DNA of 63,132 nucleotides, counting the filler, from Octopus bimaculoides (taxonomy: Eukaryota), in NCBI RefSeq assembly GCF_001194135.2. It is 5 parts of 5 records of this genome, joined end to end, with 100 filler letters (N's around TTAATTAATTAA, not from the genome) between each part and the next. Parts side by side here need not be neighbours in the genome. Positions count along the whole stretch, not along the records: positions 1 to 23,054 come from NC_069005.1; positions 23,155 to 37,037 come from NW_026392079.1; 3 more parts are not named here. One strand, written 5' to 3'. Below are positions 12,745-26,502 of this stretch, piece after piece. The stretch's first letter is position 1. Each line of letters opens with the position of its first letter. The translations under genes were made by a program, and so were the position numbers. The notes beneath the pieces were generated by a model, which did no database searches, was not told the DNA's origin, and saw only the letters and a list, made by a program, of their open reading frames with translations.

Positions 12745-13640
12745 NNNNNNNNNNNNNNNNNNNNNNNNNNNNNNNNNNNNNNNNNNNNNNNNNNNNNNNN
12801 NNNNNNNNNNNNNNNNNNNNNNNNNNNNNNNNNNNNNNNNNNNNNNNNNNNNNNNNNNNNNNNNNNNNNNNNNNNNNNNNNNNNNNNNNNNNNNNNNNNN
12901 NNNNNNNNNNNNNNNNNNNNNNNNNNNNNNNNNNNNNNNNNNNNNNNNNNNNNNNNNNNNNNNNNNNNNNNNNNNNNNNNNNNNNNNNNNNNNNNNNNNN
13001 NNNNNNNNNNNNNNNNNNNNNNNNNNNNNNNNNNNNNNNNNNNNNNNNNNNNNNNNNNNNNNNNNNNNNNNNNNNNNNNNNNNNNNNNNNNNNNNNNNNN
13101 NNNNNNNNNNNNNNNNNNNNNNNNNNNNNNNNNNNNNNNNNNNNNNNNNNNNNNNNNNNNNNNNNNNNNNNNNNNNNNNNNNNNNNNNNNNNNNNNNNNN
13201 NNNNNNNNNNNNNNNNNNNNNNNNNNNNNNNNNNNNNNNNNNNNNNNNNNNNNNNNNNNNNNNNNNNNNNNNNNNNNNNNNNNNNNNNNNNNNNNNNNNN
13301 NNNNNNNNNNNNNNNNNNNNNNNNNNNNNNNNNNNNNNNNNNNNNNNNNNNNNNNNNNNNNNNNNNNNNNNNNNNNNNNNNNNNNNNNNNNNNNNNNNNN
13401 NNNNNNNNNNNNNNNNNNNNNNNNNNNNNNNNNNNNNNNNNNNNNNNNNNNNNNNNNNNNNNNNNNNNNNNNNNNNNNNNNNNNNNNNNNNNNNNNNNNN
13501 NNNNNNNNNNNNNNNNNNNNNNNNNNNNNNNNNNNNNNNNNNNNNNNNNNNNNNNNNNNNNNNNNNNNNNNNNNNNNNNNNNNNNNNNNNNNNNNNNNNA
13601 CTATGTTTTTGTCTCCTTTGTTTTTTTTTTTACAGAGAAA

Positions 13641-13705
<65 letters not shown>

Positions 13706-14199
13706 CAACAACAAAAAATGAACAACATCGAGATACAGCATTCGCAACTAAAACCAATAACATTTGGAGTGTTCGCAACAACAAAATTCTGGAGCGCGAA
13801 CGGCATTAGCAACAGCTGCAGAGGCATTCGCAACAACAATAGGATCGGCGGTAAGACTAGCAACAGCAATGGCATTAGCAACAACATTAGCAACACAGTA
13901 ATAGTTGCAGGAATAGCATCACCAGTAGCAACAGTAATAGTAATAGGAATCACAGCATCACCAACAGCGCCACCAGCATCAGCAGCATCAACACTTAATA
14001 ATGGCAGCCATAGCAGCAATAGCCACGGCTGGAACGCCTTTGATTCGGATTGAACTTTGGTCGAAATAACAACAGCAGCAGCAGCAGCAGTAGCAACAAC
14101 AACAATAACACACCATAACACAGCATTAACATCAACGATTACTACTACTACTACTACAACTACAGTTGTTGTTGTTGATGATGATGATCATGATGATGA

Positions 14200-14233
<34 letters not shown>

Positions 14234-14510
14234 GGTGATGATGATGGTGGTGGTGGTGATGATGATGATGAGGATGATGTGATGATGGTGATGGTGTTGC
14301 TGTTGCTGCTGCGGCTGTGCTACGACTGATGATGATGATGATGATGATGATGATGAGGATGATGAGGATGATGTGGTGGTGGTGGTGATGCAGTAACTGC
14401 CACAAAGGACGATTTTCTTAAAATACCTCTACCTTCGACAATCGTGTACTATCATCATCTTTACCATCAGCATCATCATCATCACGAACGATGACTGCTA
14501 CTACCACTAT

Positions 14511-14542
<32 letters not shown>

Positions 14543-14720
14543 CTACTACTACTACTACTACTACTACTATTACTACTACTATGATGATACATCAACGCCA
14601 GCCTGCTATATGCTTCGCCTTTCAAAGACACTGCCTGAACTGCCCCTATGACCTTAGGGACAGAGAGAGAGAGAGAGAGGGAGAGAGAGAGTGAGAGAGA
14701 GAGAGAGAGAGAGAGCAGGA
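13641..14720. repeat. Trinucleotide field: (CTA)n, degenerate CAG/CAA, (GAT)n, (CTA)n, then (GA)n
   Basis: Directly visible. Confidence 0.9.
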
Positions 14721-14944
14721 GGAAGGGTAGAGAGGTAGAGGAGGAAATAGAGGGGGAGAAATAAGGAATGAAAGAGGGGGTGTGAGGGAGAGAGACAGCT
14801 AAACAATCCTTCTATTGTTTACTAAACTTAAAGAAATCATTAAAAAATAATTTATTCAACAAAAATAACGTTGTTTTTATATTTTATTTTATTTGTTTTA
14901 TTTTGTTTTATTTTCTTGATGCTTTTCATCACGTTTATTCCTTT

Positions 14945-15262
14945 TTATGTGTGAGTTTATGTATGTGTGTATATGTATACTGTGTGTGTGTGTATGTGTG
15001 TGTGTGTGTGTACATGTATGTGTATATATGCATGCGTGGATATGTATATGTGGATATGCATATGTGCGTTTATGTATTTGTATACGTGTGTGTGTGTACA
15101 TGTATGTGCGCATATGTATGTGTCTGTATACGTATGTGTGCATATATATAATGTGCACATGTATGAATGTATGTATATGTCTGTGTAGATATGTATGTGT
15201 ACATGTATGTACGTATGCTTGTGTGTGTATGTATGTATGTGTGTGCATATGTGCGTGTGAGT
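14945..15262. repeat. Degenerate (TG)/(TATG) low-complexity tract
   Basis: Directly visible. Confidence 0.9.
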
Positions 15263-15477
15263 GCAAATATTCTTTCTTTTTTCATTATTTTTTGAGATTT
15301 TGAGTTTGATTTTATGTCATTCCTTATTAGAATTGGGGGTTCGCGGAATCGGTAGAGCGCGGGACAAAATATGGAGTGAAGGCTGTTTTGACTCTACACA
15401 GAAGGTTCAAATCAGTCGAGAACAACTTCACCATTAATCCTTCTATGGGGTTAATAGCATAAGACACAATTCACGTT

Positions 15478-15905
15478 TTACTCTTTTACTTGTTTCAGTC
15501 ATTTGATTGTGGCCATGCTGGAGCACCGCCTTTAGTCGAACAAATCGACCCCAGGACTTATTCTTTGGAAGCCTAGTACTTATTCTATCTGTCCTTTTTG
15601 CCGAACCGCTATGTTACTGGGACGTAAACACACCAGCATCGGTTGTCAAACGATATTCGGGGGGACAAACACAGACACACACACACACACACATACATAC
15701 ACACACACATATATATGTGTGTGTGTATATATGTTTGTGTGTCTGTGTTTTTTCCCCCAACATCGCCTGACAACCGATGCTGGTACGTTTATGTCCCCGT
15801 AACTTAGCGGTTCAGCAAAAAGATTCGATAGAATAAGTTCTAGNNNNNNNNNNNNNNNNNNNNNNNNNNNNNNNNNNNNNNNNNNNNNNNNNNNNNNNNN
15901 NNNNN

Positions 15906-15937
<32 letters not shown>

Positions 15938-16100
15938 GACGGGCTTCTTTCAGCTTCCGTCAACCAAATCTACTCACAAGGCTTTGGTCAGCCTGAGGCT
16001 ATAGTAGAAGACACTTGTCCAAGGTGCCACGCAGTGGGACTGAACCCAGAACCATGTGGTTGGTAAGCAAACTACTTACCACACAGCCATTCTTACGCCT
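15478..16100. mobile_element. Cluster of SINE family A pieces: 15478-15680 (-), 15720-15843 (+), 15936-16100 (-)
   Basis: Each piece aligns to segments of the near-complete copy at 26503-26860. Confidence 0.8.
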
Positions 16101-16483
16101 ATTGGGGTCAGATACTTGTAATTAGCAAAGTTAGAACGTCGGACAAAAATATTTAGCCGCATTTGCTTCGACCCCTTACGGTTCTGATTTCAAAATCCAG
16201 CGAGGGTAACTTTACTTTTTTATCCTTCCATGGTTTATTAAAATAAAATACCAGTCATGTACTAAGGTAGATATTACTAATTAGTATTGCACATTTGCAG
16301 AACCGTTAGGAGACTGGACTGGACTGCATATAATATCTAACAGCAGTTATTTACTCGCTTTATGTTCTGATTTTAAAATTCTTCGAGAACAACTTCACGT
16401 CATCGTGGTAGGAAGGTTGATAAAATAAAGGGGTTGATAAAATAAAGTACTAGTTATAGACGGGTGAGAAGGAGTAGATATTA

Positions 16484-16696
16484 GTTTCAAATTTTGGCAC
16501 AAGACCAGCAAATTCGTGGAACGAGGTAAGTTGATTACATCGACCCCAGTCTTCAGCAAGTACTTATTTTATCTATCCCGAAAGGATAAAATGTAATGTC
16601 GACCTCGGTGGAATTTGAACTCAGAATGTGAAGACGGACGAAATGCCGCTAAGCATTTTGCCCAGCTCGGTAACGATTCTGCCAGCACGCCGCCTT
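16484..16696 (-). mobile_element. SINE family B with a degenerate target-site duplication
   Basis: Reverse complement of the family B head and body. Flanked by ggagtagatatta (16471-16483) and ggagtagacatta (16701-16713). Confidence 0.8.
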
Positions 16697-16980
16697 AAAG
16701 GGAGTAGACATTATTAATTAACATTGTGGGTTGGCAGAATCGTTAGAACGCAGTGGGACAGAAATCCAAACCAAGAGGTTGCAAAGCGAATCTCTTAAAC
16801 CCACAGCTTTAATTGCGTCTACTTGATGCTTCTATTGCTCAATCTTTCTTTGTTGGAAGCGTCGAATGTGTACCGTATCACACAAACAAGAAAGTAATAT
16901 TTCGAACGCAGTACAGCCGTGAAAACAGCAGAAAGATGGGGTAATTTACCCTTTTATGACGGAAAAAGTTGTCAGCAGAC

Positions 16981-17040
16981 AGCCATGGCACTCGAACCCG
17001 TACCTCCCAGATACCGGATGAGTACTCTACCAATTAATAT
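16981..17040 (-). pseudogene. tRNA-like relic (tRNA pseudogene or SINE head)
   Basis: The minus strand reads aattggtagagtactcatccggtatctgggaggtacgggttcgagtgccatggct, giving a D-loop GGTAGAG and a T-loop GGTTCGAG. The acceptor and anticodon stems are imperfect. Confidence 0.4.
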
Positions 17041-17339
17041 TAACTGGCAACAATTTCCACAAAATTAACGCTATGCTTTGATTTAACTCCGCGAACGACA
17101 TAAGGGATAATTTTGTTCCTTTTTTCCCCTTCCATGAGGGTTAAATCGCTTCTTAAACATTTTGTTTTAGTTTAAGACTTTCACTTATATTTAAAAGAGA
17201 ATTGTAAAATGCGGTTTCGATCGCAGTAGCAAGTAAAAGCAGAGAGAGAGGTACGGGGAGGCGTGGAAGCAAGAATAACAATTTCATTAACTCCTTTTCC
17301 TTCGCTTCATCCTCCTTTTCATCACCTCGACCATCAGCA

Positions 17340-17770
17340 GCAAAAGAGCATTAACACCACAGACTGTCCTTCCCCTTCCCGACCATTAGCAACGGCAGCA
17401 TAAAGGCACTATTATGTCTGCCGTCACTGCCAGTCGCAGTAATCCCGTGCAACAACCACACCGTTGGCGGGAACAACATGATTATCGTGACAATAGCATC
17501 ACCAACAACATCAATCCCCCCCACCACCACCACTGTCGTCACTTCAGCATCACCAGCTCCATTACCATCGCTGTCTTTCTTCATCAGCAACAATCTCAGC
17601 GGGGGAACCGCGCTCGAGAACAGCAACTATCGCAGTCAGCAACAACAGCAGCATTAGCTTGACATCAATAGGAACAACAACAGCAGCAACAACAACAACA
17701 ACAATAACAACAACAACAACAACAGCAGCAGCAACAACAATAATACTATGACTACTATCACCAACAAAAA
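17340..17770. repeat. Degenerate CAG/CAA/CAC low-complexity tract
   Basis: Directly visible. Confidence 0.8.
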
Positions 17771-19317
17771 TAAAACAAACCTCGGTTTGCTAAGACCGTC
17801 GCTACCAACTCAGGACAGAGACAGTAGAGAGGGAGACAGCAGCTACAACAAAAGCAATAAAAGAGTAATCTTCTCCGCTAGAAACACAATCCCTTGGTTG
17901 AAAAACACGTTCTACCTAACAAGGAAGCCTTCAAGCTAAAGCATAAAGTCTGCATTATTTGGTCAGAGACAGACACTAAATGTAACCATAGTATAGGCGA
18001 TGAAAAACAGCTTCTTACATTCTCAAAGCAAAGACAGTATTTAATAACCCTTATGTATACCGAAAATTGCCTGGTGGGTAAGTGGTAAAGCTATATAGCA
18101 CGTTTGTAGATGCAGGGAATGTGGAACCATGGTGTTTTTGTGTTTTAATGAAGTCGAATCAAAACCGTATCCATATCTATCATTACTTGCACTTCCAAAC
18201 AGAAAATATCATAATCCTCATATACAGTGTCGAATGAAGAAATTGGCATTAAACAACGTGTCATCACACGTGATCAAAGGCATTTTATTATAAAGGTGGA
18301 GGAGCAAGGAGAGGTGGAATCAGAACTAATGTTATTTTGGAAAGATCCGGAATTCGCAGTGAAGGGGATCTTCTTGAAATAAGGCACGCATGCAATGTCT
18401 TCAGACACCTGGAGTTTCGGCTCAGACAGAAACCCAGTCGGTGCATAGATTTCTTGATGCGTCCAGAACTCAGTTACTAAGCCTTCTTTAACTCACAACT
18501 CTTCTGGTGTCTAGAACTTCCTACTCATTGGGTAATAATGGGGGCTGAAATAGCATCTTAGACGCACTTTGAGATTGCTGGAGATGGGACTAGGTTGCAG
18601 ATTAGCAGAAGTGACTAGAATAGGATTTGTAACTAATATTCTGGTAGAGAAAATGGCGCTTGACTATACTTAGGTGCGGAGACACGGAGGTTGCATTGCC
18701 AAGGAGTGAAAGCTGTTCGATAGGTTTCGCCCGAGGAGGCGCGATGGGGCAAATGCATAAAAACAACCACAATTTGGTCTTTGACAGATCAAAATGGAGG
18801 CGAACATCACAAAGTGACCAGCTCCATTATCAAAGGCATAATAACTGCCAACATTCAGTCATTTTAGCAAAATATCTTCGACTATATTGTCCGATGTTTT
18901 ATTTCATTTTTTAAAAAGAAAGAATTTGGTTTGAGAGGCGTATGACAGCTTTTACTAGCAGATCAAACTACAACAGAAACACTCCCTTGTGGTTGTACAC
19001 CAAGGTGGTCTTATATGCCATCAATATGCACATTTCACTGGTGTTTGATATTTTGGTTATTATTTTTTGAGTTGTTGGAAATCTCATCCAATTTCTTCGG
19101 ATAATTTTATTGCCTCGGTGAAAATCGATTTGAAATGTTGCGCACGATCACAGTTAGTAGGATCACGTGGCAGTTTTTCTTGTGAGTTGGAAAAGTAGTA
19201 AGTGATATTGATAACTGCTTTTTTTTTTCAAAATCTACTCGAGATACCACAGCCCCTCCTTATCGCAACCAGCCTTCCATCTCTACGCTGTATTGTAACT
19301 GGATGTCAGGCACGCAC

Positions 19318-19329
19318 ACACACACACAC

Positions 19330-19427
<98 letters not shown>

Positions 19428-19780
19428 CACAGATACACACACATACATGCACACACATATTATACCGATACAAACATATGTATATATGCATGCACATACA
19501 TGTATACTTTATATGTTTATATATATATATATATATATATACATATATAGTACATACACACACACGCACACACACACGCACACGCACACATACACATGCA
19601 CATACTCACAAACACACATACACAGAGAGAGAAAATGGGCGCTTAGCACAGTTGCTAGAGCGTTCGATAGATTGTTAAGCGATAATTATATATGAACATA
19701 CATACATACATGCACTCATACATACATATACACACATACATACATACATACAGACAGACAGACAGCCAGACAGACAGACA
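19318..19780. repeat. (TA)n, (CA)n, (CATA)n, (GACA)n microsatellites
   Basis: Directly visible. Confidence 0.9.
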
Positions 19781-20079
19781 TATAAATGTAATTTAATCTC
19801 TAACATAGGCAAGATCCGAAATATGAATAAGGCAGGGAAAGTTGATTATATCACTACCTGTCCTTGACAAATCCTTTAAGGACCGTCAAAAGCATGGAAG
19901 AAAAGGAAATTGGACACGGTATGCAGGAAGACGTAAGGAAATACCACAACGCATTTTGTTCGACGCGCTAACGGTTCAGCCAACCCATCACCTTATATAT
20001 ATCACGTAATATGAGATACTTCTTTTTTATTTTTGTTTTGGATGTGTTTTTTTAGTGATTTGTTTCAATCAATAAACTG

Positions 20080-20257
20080 AGGCTAAGCTGGGACAACGGC
20101 CTTTTAGGGTTTCAGTCGATTAAATTCACCACAGTACTTATTTTGAAGTATGATATTTTTCCTATCAGTTACTTTTGCCGAGTCTCTGAGTTACGGGAAC
20201 GTAAACAAACCAGCCCCGGTTGTAAAGCGGCGGCGAGCGACAAAATATAGATACACA
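20080..20257 (-). mobile_element. SINE family A, 3' part
   Basis: ttttgccgagtctctgagttacgggaacgtaaacaaaccagc matches the reverse complement of 26690-26740. Confidence 0.65.
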
Positions 20258-20930
20258 NNNNNNNNNNNNNNNNNNNNNNNNNNNNNNNNNNNNNNNNNNN
20301 NNNNNNNNNNNNNNNNNNNNNNNNNNNNNNNNNNNNNNNNNNNNNNNNNNNNNNNNNNNNNNNNNNNNNNNNNNNNNNNNNNNNNNNNNNNNNNNNNNNN
20401 NNNNNNNNNNNNNNNNNNNNNNNNNNNNNNNNNNNNNNNNNNNNNNNNNNNNNNNNNNNNNNNNNNNNNNNNNNNNNNNNNNNNNNNNNNNNNNNNNNNN
20501 NNNNNNNNNNNNNNNNNNNNNNNNNNNNNNNNNNNNNNNNNNNNNNNNNNNNNNNNNNNNNNNNNNNNNNNNNNNNNNNNNNNNNNNNNNNNNNNNNNNN
20601 NNNNNNNNNNNNNNNNNNNNNNNNNNNNNNNNNNNNNNNNNNNNNNNNNNNNNNNNNNNNNNNNNNNNNNNNNNNNNNNNNNNNNNNNNNNNNNNNNNNN
20701 NNNNNNNNNNNNNNNNNNNNNNNNNNNNNNNNNNNNNNNNNNNNNNNNNNNNNNNNNNNNNNNNNNNNNNNNNNNNNNNNNNNNNNNNNNNNNNNNNNNN
20801 NNNNNNNNNNNNNNNNNNNNNNNNNNNNNNNNNNNNNNNNNNNNNNNNNNNNNNNNNNNNNNNNNNNNNNNNNNNNNNNNNNNNNNNNNNNNNNNNNNNN
20901 NNNNNNNNNNNNNNNNNNNNNNNNNNNNNN

Positions 20931-21340
20931 CACACATACACGCATAGATGCGTACGTACATAATACATACATACACTCATACATACATATATACACCCAT
21001 ACATACATACATACATACATACACACATACACACATACGTACACACATACAAACATAAATATATACATACATGCATACATACATGCATAGCACACACACA
21101 TACATGCATGCATACATACATACATCCATACATACATACCTAACAACCTACGTACATACATACACGCATACATACATACGTGCATACAGACATACATACA
21201 CTCATACATACATACATATATACATACACACATACATACATAAATACATACATAAATACATACATGCATGCATACATACATTCCTACATACATACATACA
21301 TACATACATACCATACGACAGATACATTCATATATATACT
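20931..21340. repeat. (CATA)n-type microsatellite
   Basis: Directly visible. Confidence 0.95.
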
Positions 21341-21460
21341 GCCGAGGTCGGTTTTGCTTTTTATCCTTTTAGGGTCGGTCAAATAAGTACCAGTCGAGTA
21401 GTGGGGTCAATGCAACTAACTTCCCCCTCCCCTCGAAACTGCTGTCCTTAGCCAAACCTT
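21338..21460 (+). mobile_element. SINE family B, 3' part
   Basis: gccgaggtcggttttgctttttatccttttagggtcggtcaaataagtaccagt. Confidence 0.65.
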
Positions 21461-22706
21461 AGAAGAAATATTCCTTCTTGAAATATAATTGTATGAGTTG
21501 TGCAGAAATAAAATTGTAACTATTGTGAAAATGTAATTATAGCAATGAAAGTAAGAAATATAAATTAAACTCAGTAATGACTACTTTTATCGAATTTAAG
21601 AACATTCCAATAAATTTATTCGTATATAATCAACACATGTTTATTTTCTTTATGCAAATTTTTCGTTCCATCCCGAAACTTCTCACTGAAAGGTCCTGAA
21701 AGATCGCACCTGGATTTCCGGGTTTCAGGGCCACCGTCGCTACTCTACATTATTCAGCNNNNNNNNNNNNNNNNNNNNNNNNNNNNNNNNNNNNNNNNNN
21801 NNNNNNNNNNNNNNNNNNNNNNNNNNNNNNNNNNNNNNNNNNNNNNNNNNNNNNNNNNNNNNNNNNNNNNNNNNNNNNNNNNNNNNNNNNNNNNNNNNNN
21901 NNNNNNNNNNNNNNNNNNNNNNNNNNNNNNNNNNNNNNNNNNNNNNNNNNNNNNNNNNNNNNNNNNNNNNNNNNNNNNNNNNNNNNNNNNNNNNNNNNNN
22001 NNNNNNNNNNNNNNNNNNNNNNNNNNNNNNNNNNNNNNNNNNNNNNNNNNNNNNNNNNNNNNNNNNNNNNNNNNNNNNNNNNNNNNNNNNNNNNNNNNNN
22101 NNNNNNNNNNNNNNNNNNNNNNNNNNNNNNNNNNNNNNNNNNNNNNNNNNNNNNNNNNNNNNNNNNNNNNNNNNNNNNNNNNNNNNNNNNNNNNNNNNNN
22201 NNNNNNNNNNNNNNNNNNNNNNNNNNNNNNNNNNNNNNNNNNNNNNNNNNNNNNNNNNNNNNNNNNNNNNNNNNNNNNNNNNNNNNNNNNNNNNNNNNNN
22301 NNNNNNNNNNNNNNNNNNNNNNNNNNNNNNNNNNNNNNNNNNNNNNNNNNNNNNNNNNNNNNNNNNNNNNNNNNNNNNNNNNNNNNNNNNNNNNNNNNNN
22401 NNNNNNNNNNNNNNNNNNNNNNNNNNNNNNNNNNNNNNNNNNNNNNNNNNNNNNNNNNNNNNNNNNNNNNNNNNNNNNNNNNNNNNNNNNNNNNNNNNNN
22501 NNNNNNNNNNNNNNNNNNNNNNNNNNNNNNNNNNNNNNNNNNNNNNNNNNNNNNNNNNNNNNNNNNNNNNNNNNNNNNNNNNNNNNNNNNNNNNNNNNNN
22601 NNNNNNNNNNNNNNNNNNNNNNNNNNNNNNNNNNNNNNNNNNNNNNNNNNNNNNNNNNNNNNNNNNNNNNNNNNNNNNNNNNNNNNNNNNNNNNNNNNNN
22701 NNNNNA

Positions 22707-22712
22707 AACACA

Positions 22713-22758
<46 letters not shown>

Positions 22759-22916
22759 CATATATACAACGCGCTTCTTTCAGTTTCCGTTTACCAAATC
22801 CACTCACAAGGCTTTGATCGGCCCGAGGCTATAGTAGAAGACACTTGCTCAAGATGTCATGCAGGGGGACTGAACCCGGAACCATGTGGTTGGTAAGTAA
22901 GCTACTTACCACACAG
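22707..22916 (-). mobile_element. SINE family A, 5' part
   Basis: cttctttcagtttccgtttaccaaatccactcacaaggctttg...gactgaacccggaaccatgtggttggtaagtaagctac. Confidence 0.8.
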
Positions 22917-23008
22917 CATGTATACACAAACACACAAGCACACACACATATATATATATATGTAGGTATGCTTGTATTTATAAAGATATATGTATACATA
23001 TATATATC

Positions 23009-23054
<46 letters not shown>

Positions 23055-23154
23055 NNNNNNNNNNNNNNNNNNNNNNNNNNNNNNNNNNNNNNNNNNNNTT
23101 AATTAATTAANNNNNNNNNNNNNNNNNNNNNNNNNNNNNNNNNNNNNNNNNNNN

Positions 23155-23404
23155 CTGGTCGCTTCAAATGGACAAGACAATGTCCATTCTATTATCCTCA
23201 AGCAGAATTGAGAGCTTGGTTGCCTCAATTTTTCGAGTCGAAATCGGGTGATTTCTGCCAACGAGGTATTGAAAATCTTGCTGAACGTTGGGAAGAAGTT
23301 GTAAACAACAAGGGTGAATACATTATTGATTAATTAGTTGTTATTTTTTATTAAATTAAAAAAAAAAAAATTTTTAACCGGCGGGAACTTAGTTATCACC
23401 CTAA
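23155..23404 (+). mobile_element. mariner transposon, 3' fragment with right TIR
   Basis: FFESKSGDFCQRGIENLAERWEEVVNNKGEYIID* is a mariner transposase C-terminus. It ends in ...ggaacttagttatcaccctaa followed by TA. Confidence 0.8.
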
Positions 23405-24014
23405 TATATATACATAAGTATATATTAGCATATAAATACACTTATAAGATCACGTATATAAATATATGGTAATATGGGCATAAATACATATCCACACGAA
23501 TATAAGTGTATACATGCATACATATACATCCATGTACGCATATGTACAAGTATAAACATACACGCTAACTAACACATATACACAGACGCACACATGCAAA
23601 TACATATGCATGCCTTCAATACAGACATCCACATAAAAACATATCTAGGTCCTAACCTGTAAATATAAACAACTTTTTAAAAAATTGCTGAGTGTAAAAT
23701 AATAAAAATCGGATGAAAGACATGCAGAATGGAACACCATATATAGAATTATCTATAAATATAACGATTAAGCAGGTTTGTAAAATACAATAAAATTAAA
23801 TAAAAATAAAATCTTAAACATGAAAATAATATATACGTATAGCAGTCGAAAGTTTTCTTAAGAAATACGTCGAAATATATACAATATTTTTGCGATGCGA
23901 AATAAACCATGCATTACAAAATACAAATCCAACAGTGGAATTGAAAACTAGTTCAAAATTCAAAAAATATATACTATCCATTTTGGTATTTTGTCAGCTG
24001 ACATTCTAAATTTT

Positions 24015-24900
24015 GTTGCGTGTCTACAGGAATTCAAGAGTTCGCGCCTTTGATTCAAAGCGCTATTGTCCTGGAATAAAATATAGAATTTTTCCAAAAG
24101 ACATAAATTACATTTGATGGGTCCTTTATGTGCTACGTGTCTGTAAGGTGCAGCTCTATCTAAAATATTCTATGTCACGTTGAAAGGTCGGGCTTCTTTT
24201 TCTTTTAATTTCCAAACATATTTTGCCAGGTTGGTCTTTGTCCTATTTTCGGGGTATCGGAAGGAATTTCTATGAGTATAAAATCGGGTCTTGAAAGAAT
24301 TTACCGAAGCCCCTGTGTGAGTTCTATACTGATGTGAGCCCTCTATTTGCACTTTGGCTCAATACACAATTCCTTTCTCCAGACATTTTCCTTCCAACGT
24401 GCAGGAGGTCCCATCTTTGAAATTGCAATTTTTAGGAAAAGAATCGGCACTGTGGTTATTTGCAATTATCTTATTGTTGTGTTGGTTAATGAAAGTTGGT
24501 TAATTGCAACAAGAATAGCTGATCTTAAGCGTTCTTCTATTAAATATTCTATAAAACTTATGGTAAGGTTGAAAATATCTACAGACTAATTTTAAGAATT
24601 CCCGACCTATATTTGTTTTACGGCCATATTAAAAGCTGGGTTGAACCACAAAACCCTCCTGATCCTAGTTCTACGTGTTGCATTACTGCTAGCATTAAGT
24701 TGGTTATACATCCGGATAGTTAGACGATACAAAAAAAGGACAGAAAAAAAGAAGGATGGGTCATTCAGGGCTTTCTATCCTCAGTCGAGTTCCAGATCGT
24801 CGTTGCAGTTTCGGCCGGTAACACTCAAGACGGCTCCAATCTGACCGGCTCGAAGAAAATCTAAGCTAAGTGCACTAGATTCTTTGGAAGAAAGCAAGCG
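24015..24900 (-). mobile_element. Penelope-like element, decayed RT-thumb/GIY-YIG portion
   Basis: The minus strand has SFKTRFYTHRNSFRY...TNLAKYVWKLK (GIY-YIG region) and terminal LNQRRELLNSCRH, matching the PLE LNKRSE..CRH motif. Confidence 0.7.
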
Positions 24901-25162
24901 AATGCATACGGAAAAAAAACAGAGAAATGCTACACAATTACGAATACAAACAACAGGACATTAACAACAGGTGTCTTTCGACTAAGGACGAATTAAATTA
25001 ACTGGTGTGCGTGGAAGTGAAGCCTTACGGCAGGAACATAGGAGATAAAAGTCGTGGAAAGGAATATAAGAGATGCTACACGGATGGTAGTCGAACCAAG
25101 AAAGAAAGGTCAGGCTGTTTCTTTTCAGATATCACCAGAAAAGGTAATTAAAATTCATTAAA

Positions 25163-26190
25163 ATGACAGATCTCTCGGACTTTCAAAGGGGTCAAATTGT
25201 TGGTGCTCGTATGGCAGGCGCTAGCGTAACGAAAACAGCCGAAATGTTTGGTGTGTCAAGAAGTACTGTCTCGAAAGCAATAACAGCCTTTGAGAAAGAG
25301 GGAAAAACCGTCTCGTCGAAACAAAACTCTGGAAGAAAACCAAAACTTTCAGATAGAGACCGTCGGACTCTTACGCGAATTGTTAAAAAGCTCCCGAAAT
25401 TACTGCAGAGCTTAATGACCACCTCGAGAACCCAGTTTGCACAAAAACTGTTCGCCGGGAACAGTACAAAGCCGAATTTCACGGGAAGGCTGCAATCAGA
25501 AAACCTCTACTTTCAAAAATAAACGTTGCAAAGCGTTTAGAATGGAGTGAAAACCTACAGAATTGGTTCCTAGAGCAGTGGAAGAATGGTATTTTCTCGG
25601 ACGAGTCATCCTTTACCTCATTTCCGACCACCGGCCGAGTATACGTGTAGAGACAGTCAATAGAAGCATTTGACCCAGACTACCTTCTTCCAACTGTTAA
25701 ACATGGAGGAGGAACTGTGGTGATCTGGAGGGTTATAGCTTGGAAATCCGCTGACCCAATGGTTTCCCTTCATGATAGAATTAATAGTCAAGACTATTTA
25801 AGCATTTTATCTGATCAAATTCATCCTATGTTTGCAGAACTGTTTCCAGAGGGAAACGTAATCTTTCAGGATGATAATGCACCAATTCACACAGCTAAAG
25901 TTGTTACTGAATGGCATGAGGAACATTCTAGTGAAGTTGAACATCTTATCAGGCCACCACAGTCCCCAGATCTCAATATCATTGAACATTTATGGTGCAT
26001 TTTAGGAAAAGAAGGAAGATGTTGATATCCACCACCATCGTCACTACAAGTTTGGAAACAATTCAAACTTTGTACGAGTCCGTACCTCGTAGAATTCAAG
26101 CTGTAATTTCTGCCAAAGGCAGTCCTACCCCATATTAAGATAAATTTGTTTGAAATTTTAAAGTGTTTCCATTATTTTGTCCAACCCATG
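25163..26190 (+). mobile_element. Tc1-like DNA transposon with frameshifted transposase
   Basis: HTH region MTDLSDFQRGQIVGARMAGASVTKTAEMFGVSRSTVS, then IFSDES, TVKHGGG, FQDDNAPIH and PPQSPDLNIIEHLW (DD34E type). The right TIR ends ...ccaacccatg followed by TA at 26191. Confidence 0.9.
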
Positions 26191-26502
26191 TANNNNNNNN
26201 NNNNNNNNNNNNNNNNNNNNNNNNNNNNNNNNNNNNNNNNNNNNNNNNNNNNNNNNNNNNNNNNNNNNNNNNNNNNNNNNNNNNNNNNNNNNNNNNNNNN
26301 NNNNNNNNNNNNNNNNNNNNNNNNNNNNNNNNNNNNNNNNNNNNNNNNNNNNNNNNNNNNNNNNNNNNNNNNNNNNNNNNNNNNNNNNNNNNNNNNNNNN
26401 NNNNNNNNNNNNNNNNNNNNNNNNNNNNNNNNNNNNNNNNNNNNNNNNNNNNNNNNNNNNNNNNNNNNNNNNNNNNNNNNNNNNNNNNNNNNNNNNNNNN
26501 NN

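Noticed and set aside
16981-17040. Functional tRNA gene
   Set aside because: A- and B-box-like motifs are present but no complete cloverleaf. All tRNA-like sequences in the window are SINE heads or relics.
17414-17662. Gln/His-rich ORF as a transcription-factor exon
   Set aside because: It lies within a degenerate CAG/CAA tract, with no domain and no supported splice context.
186-21451. Many ORF-track proteins rich in YI/HT/CV/MYV, poly-H/D/M/S/T/V
   Set aside because: They are translations of microsatellites, with no domain content.
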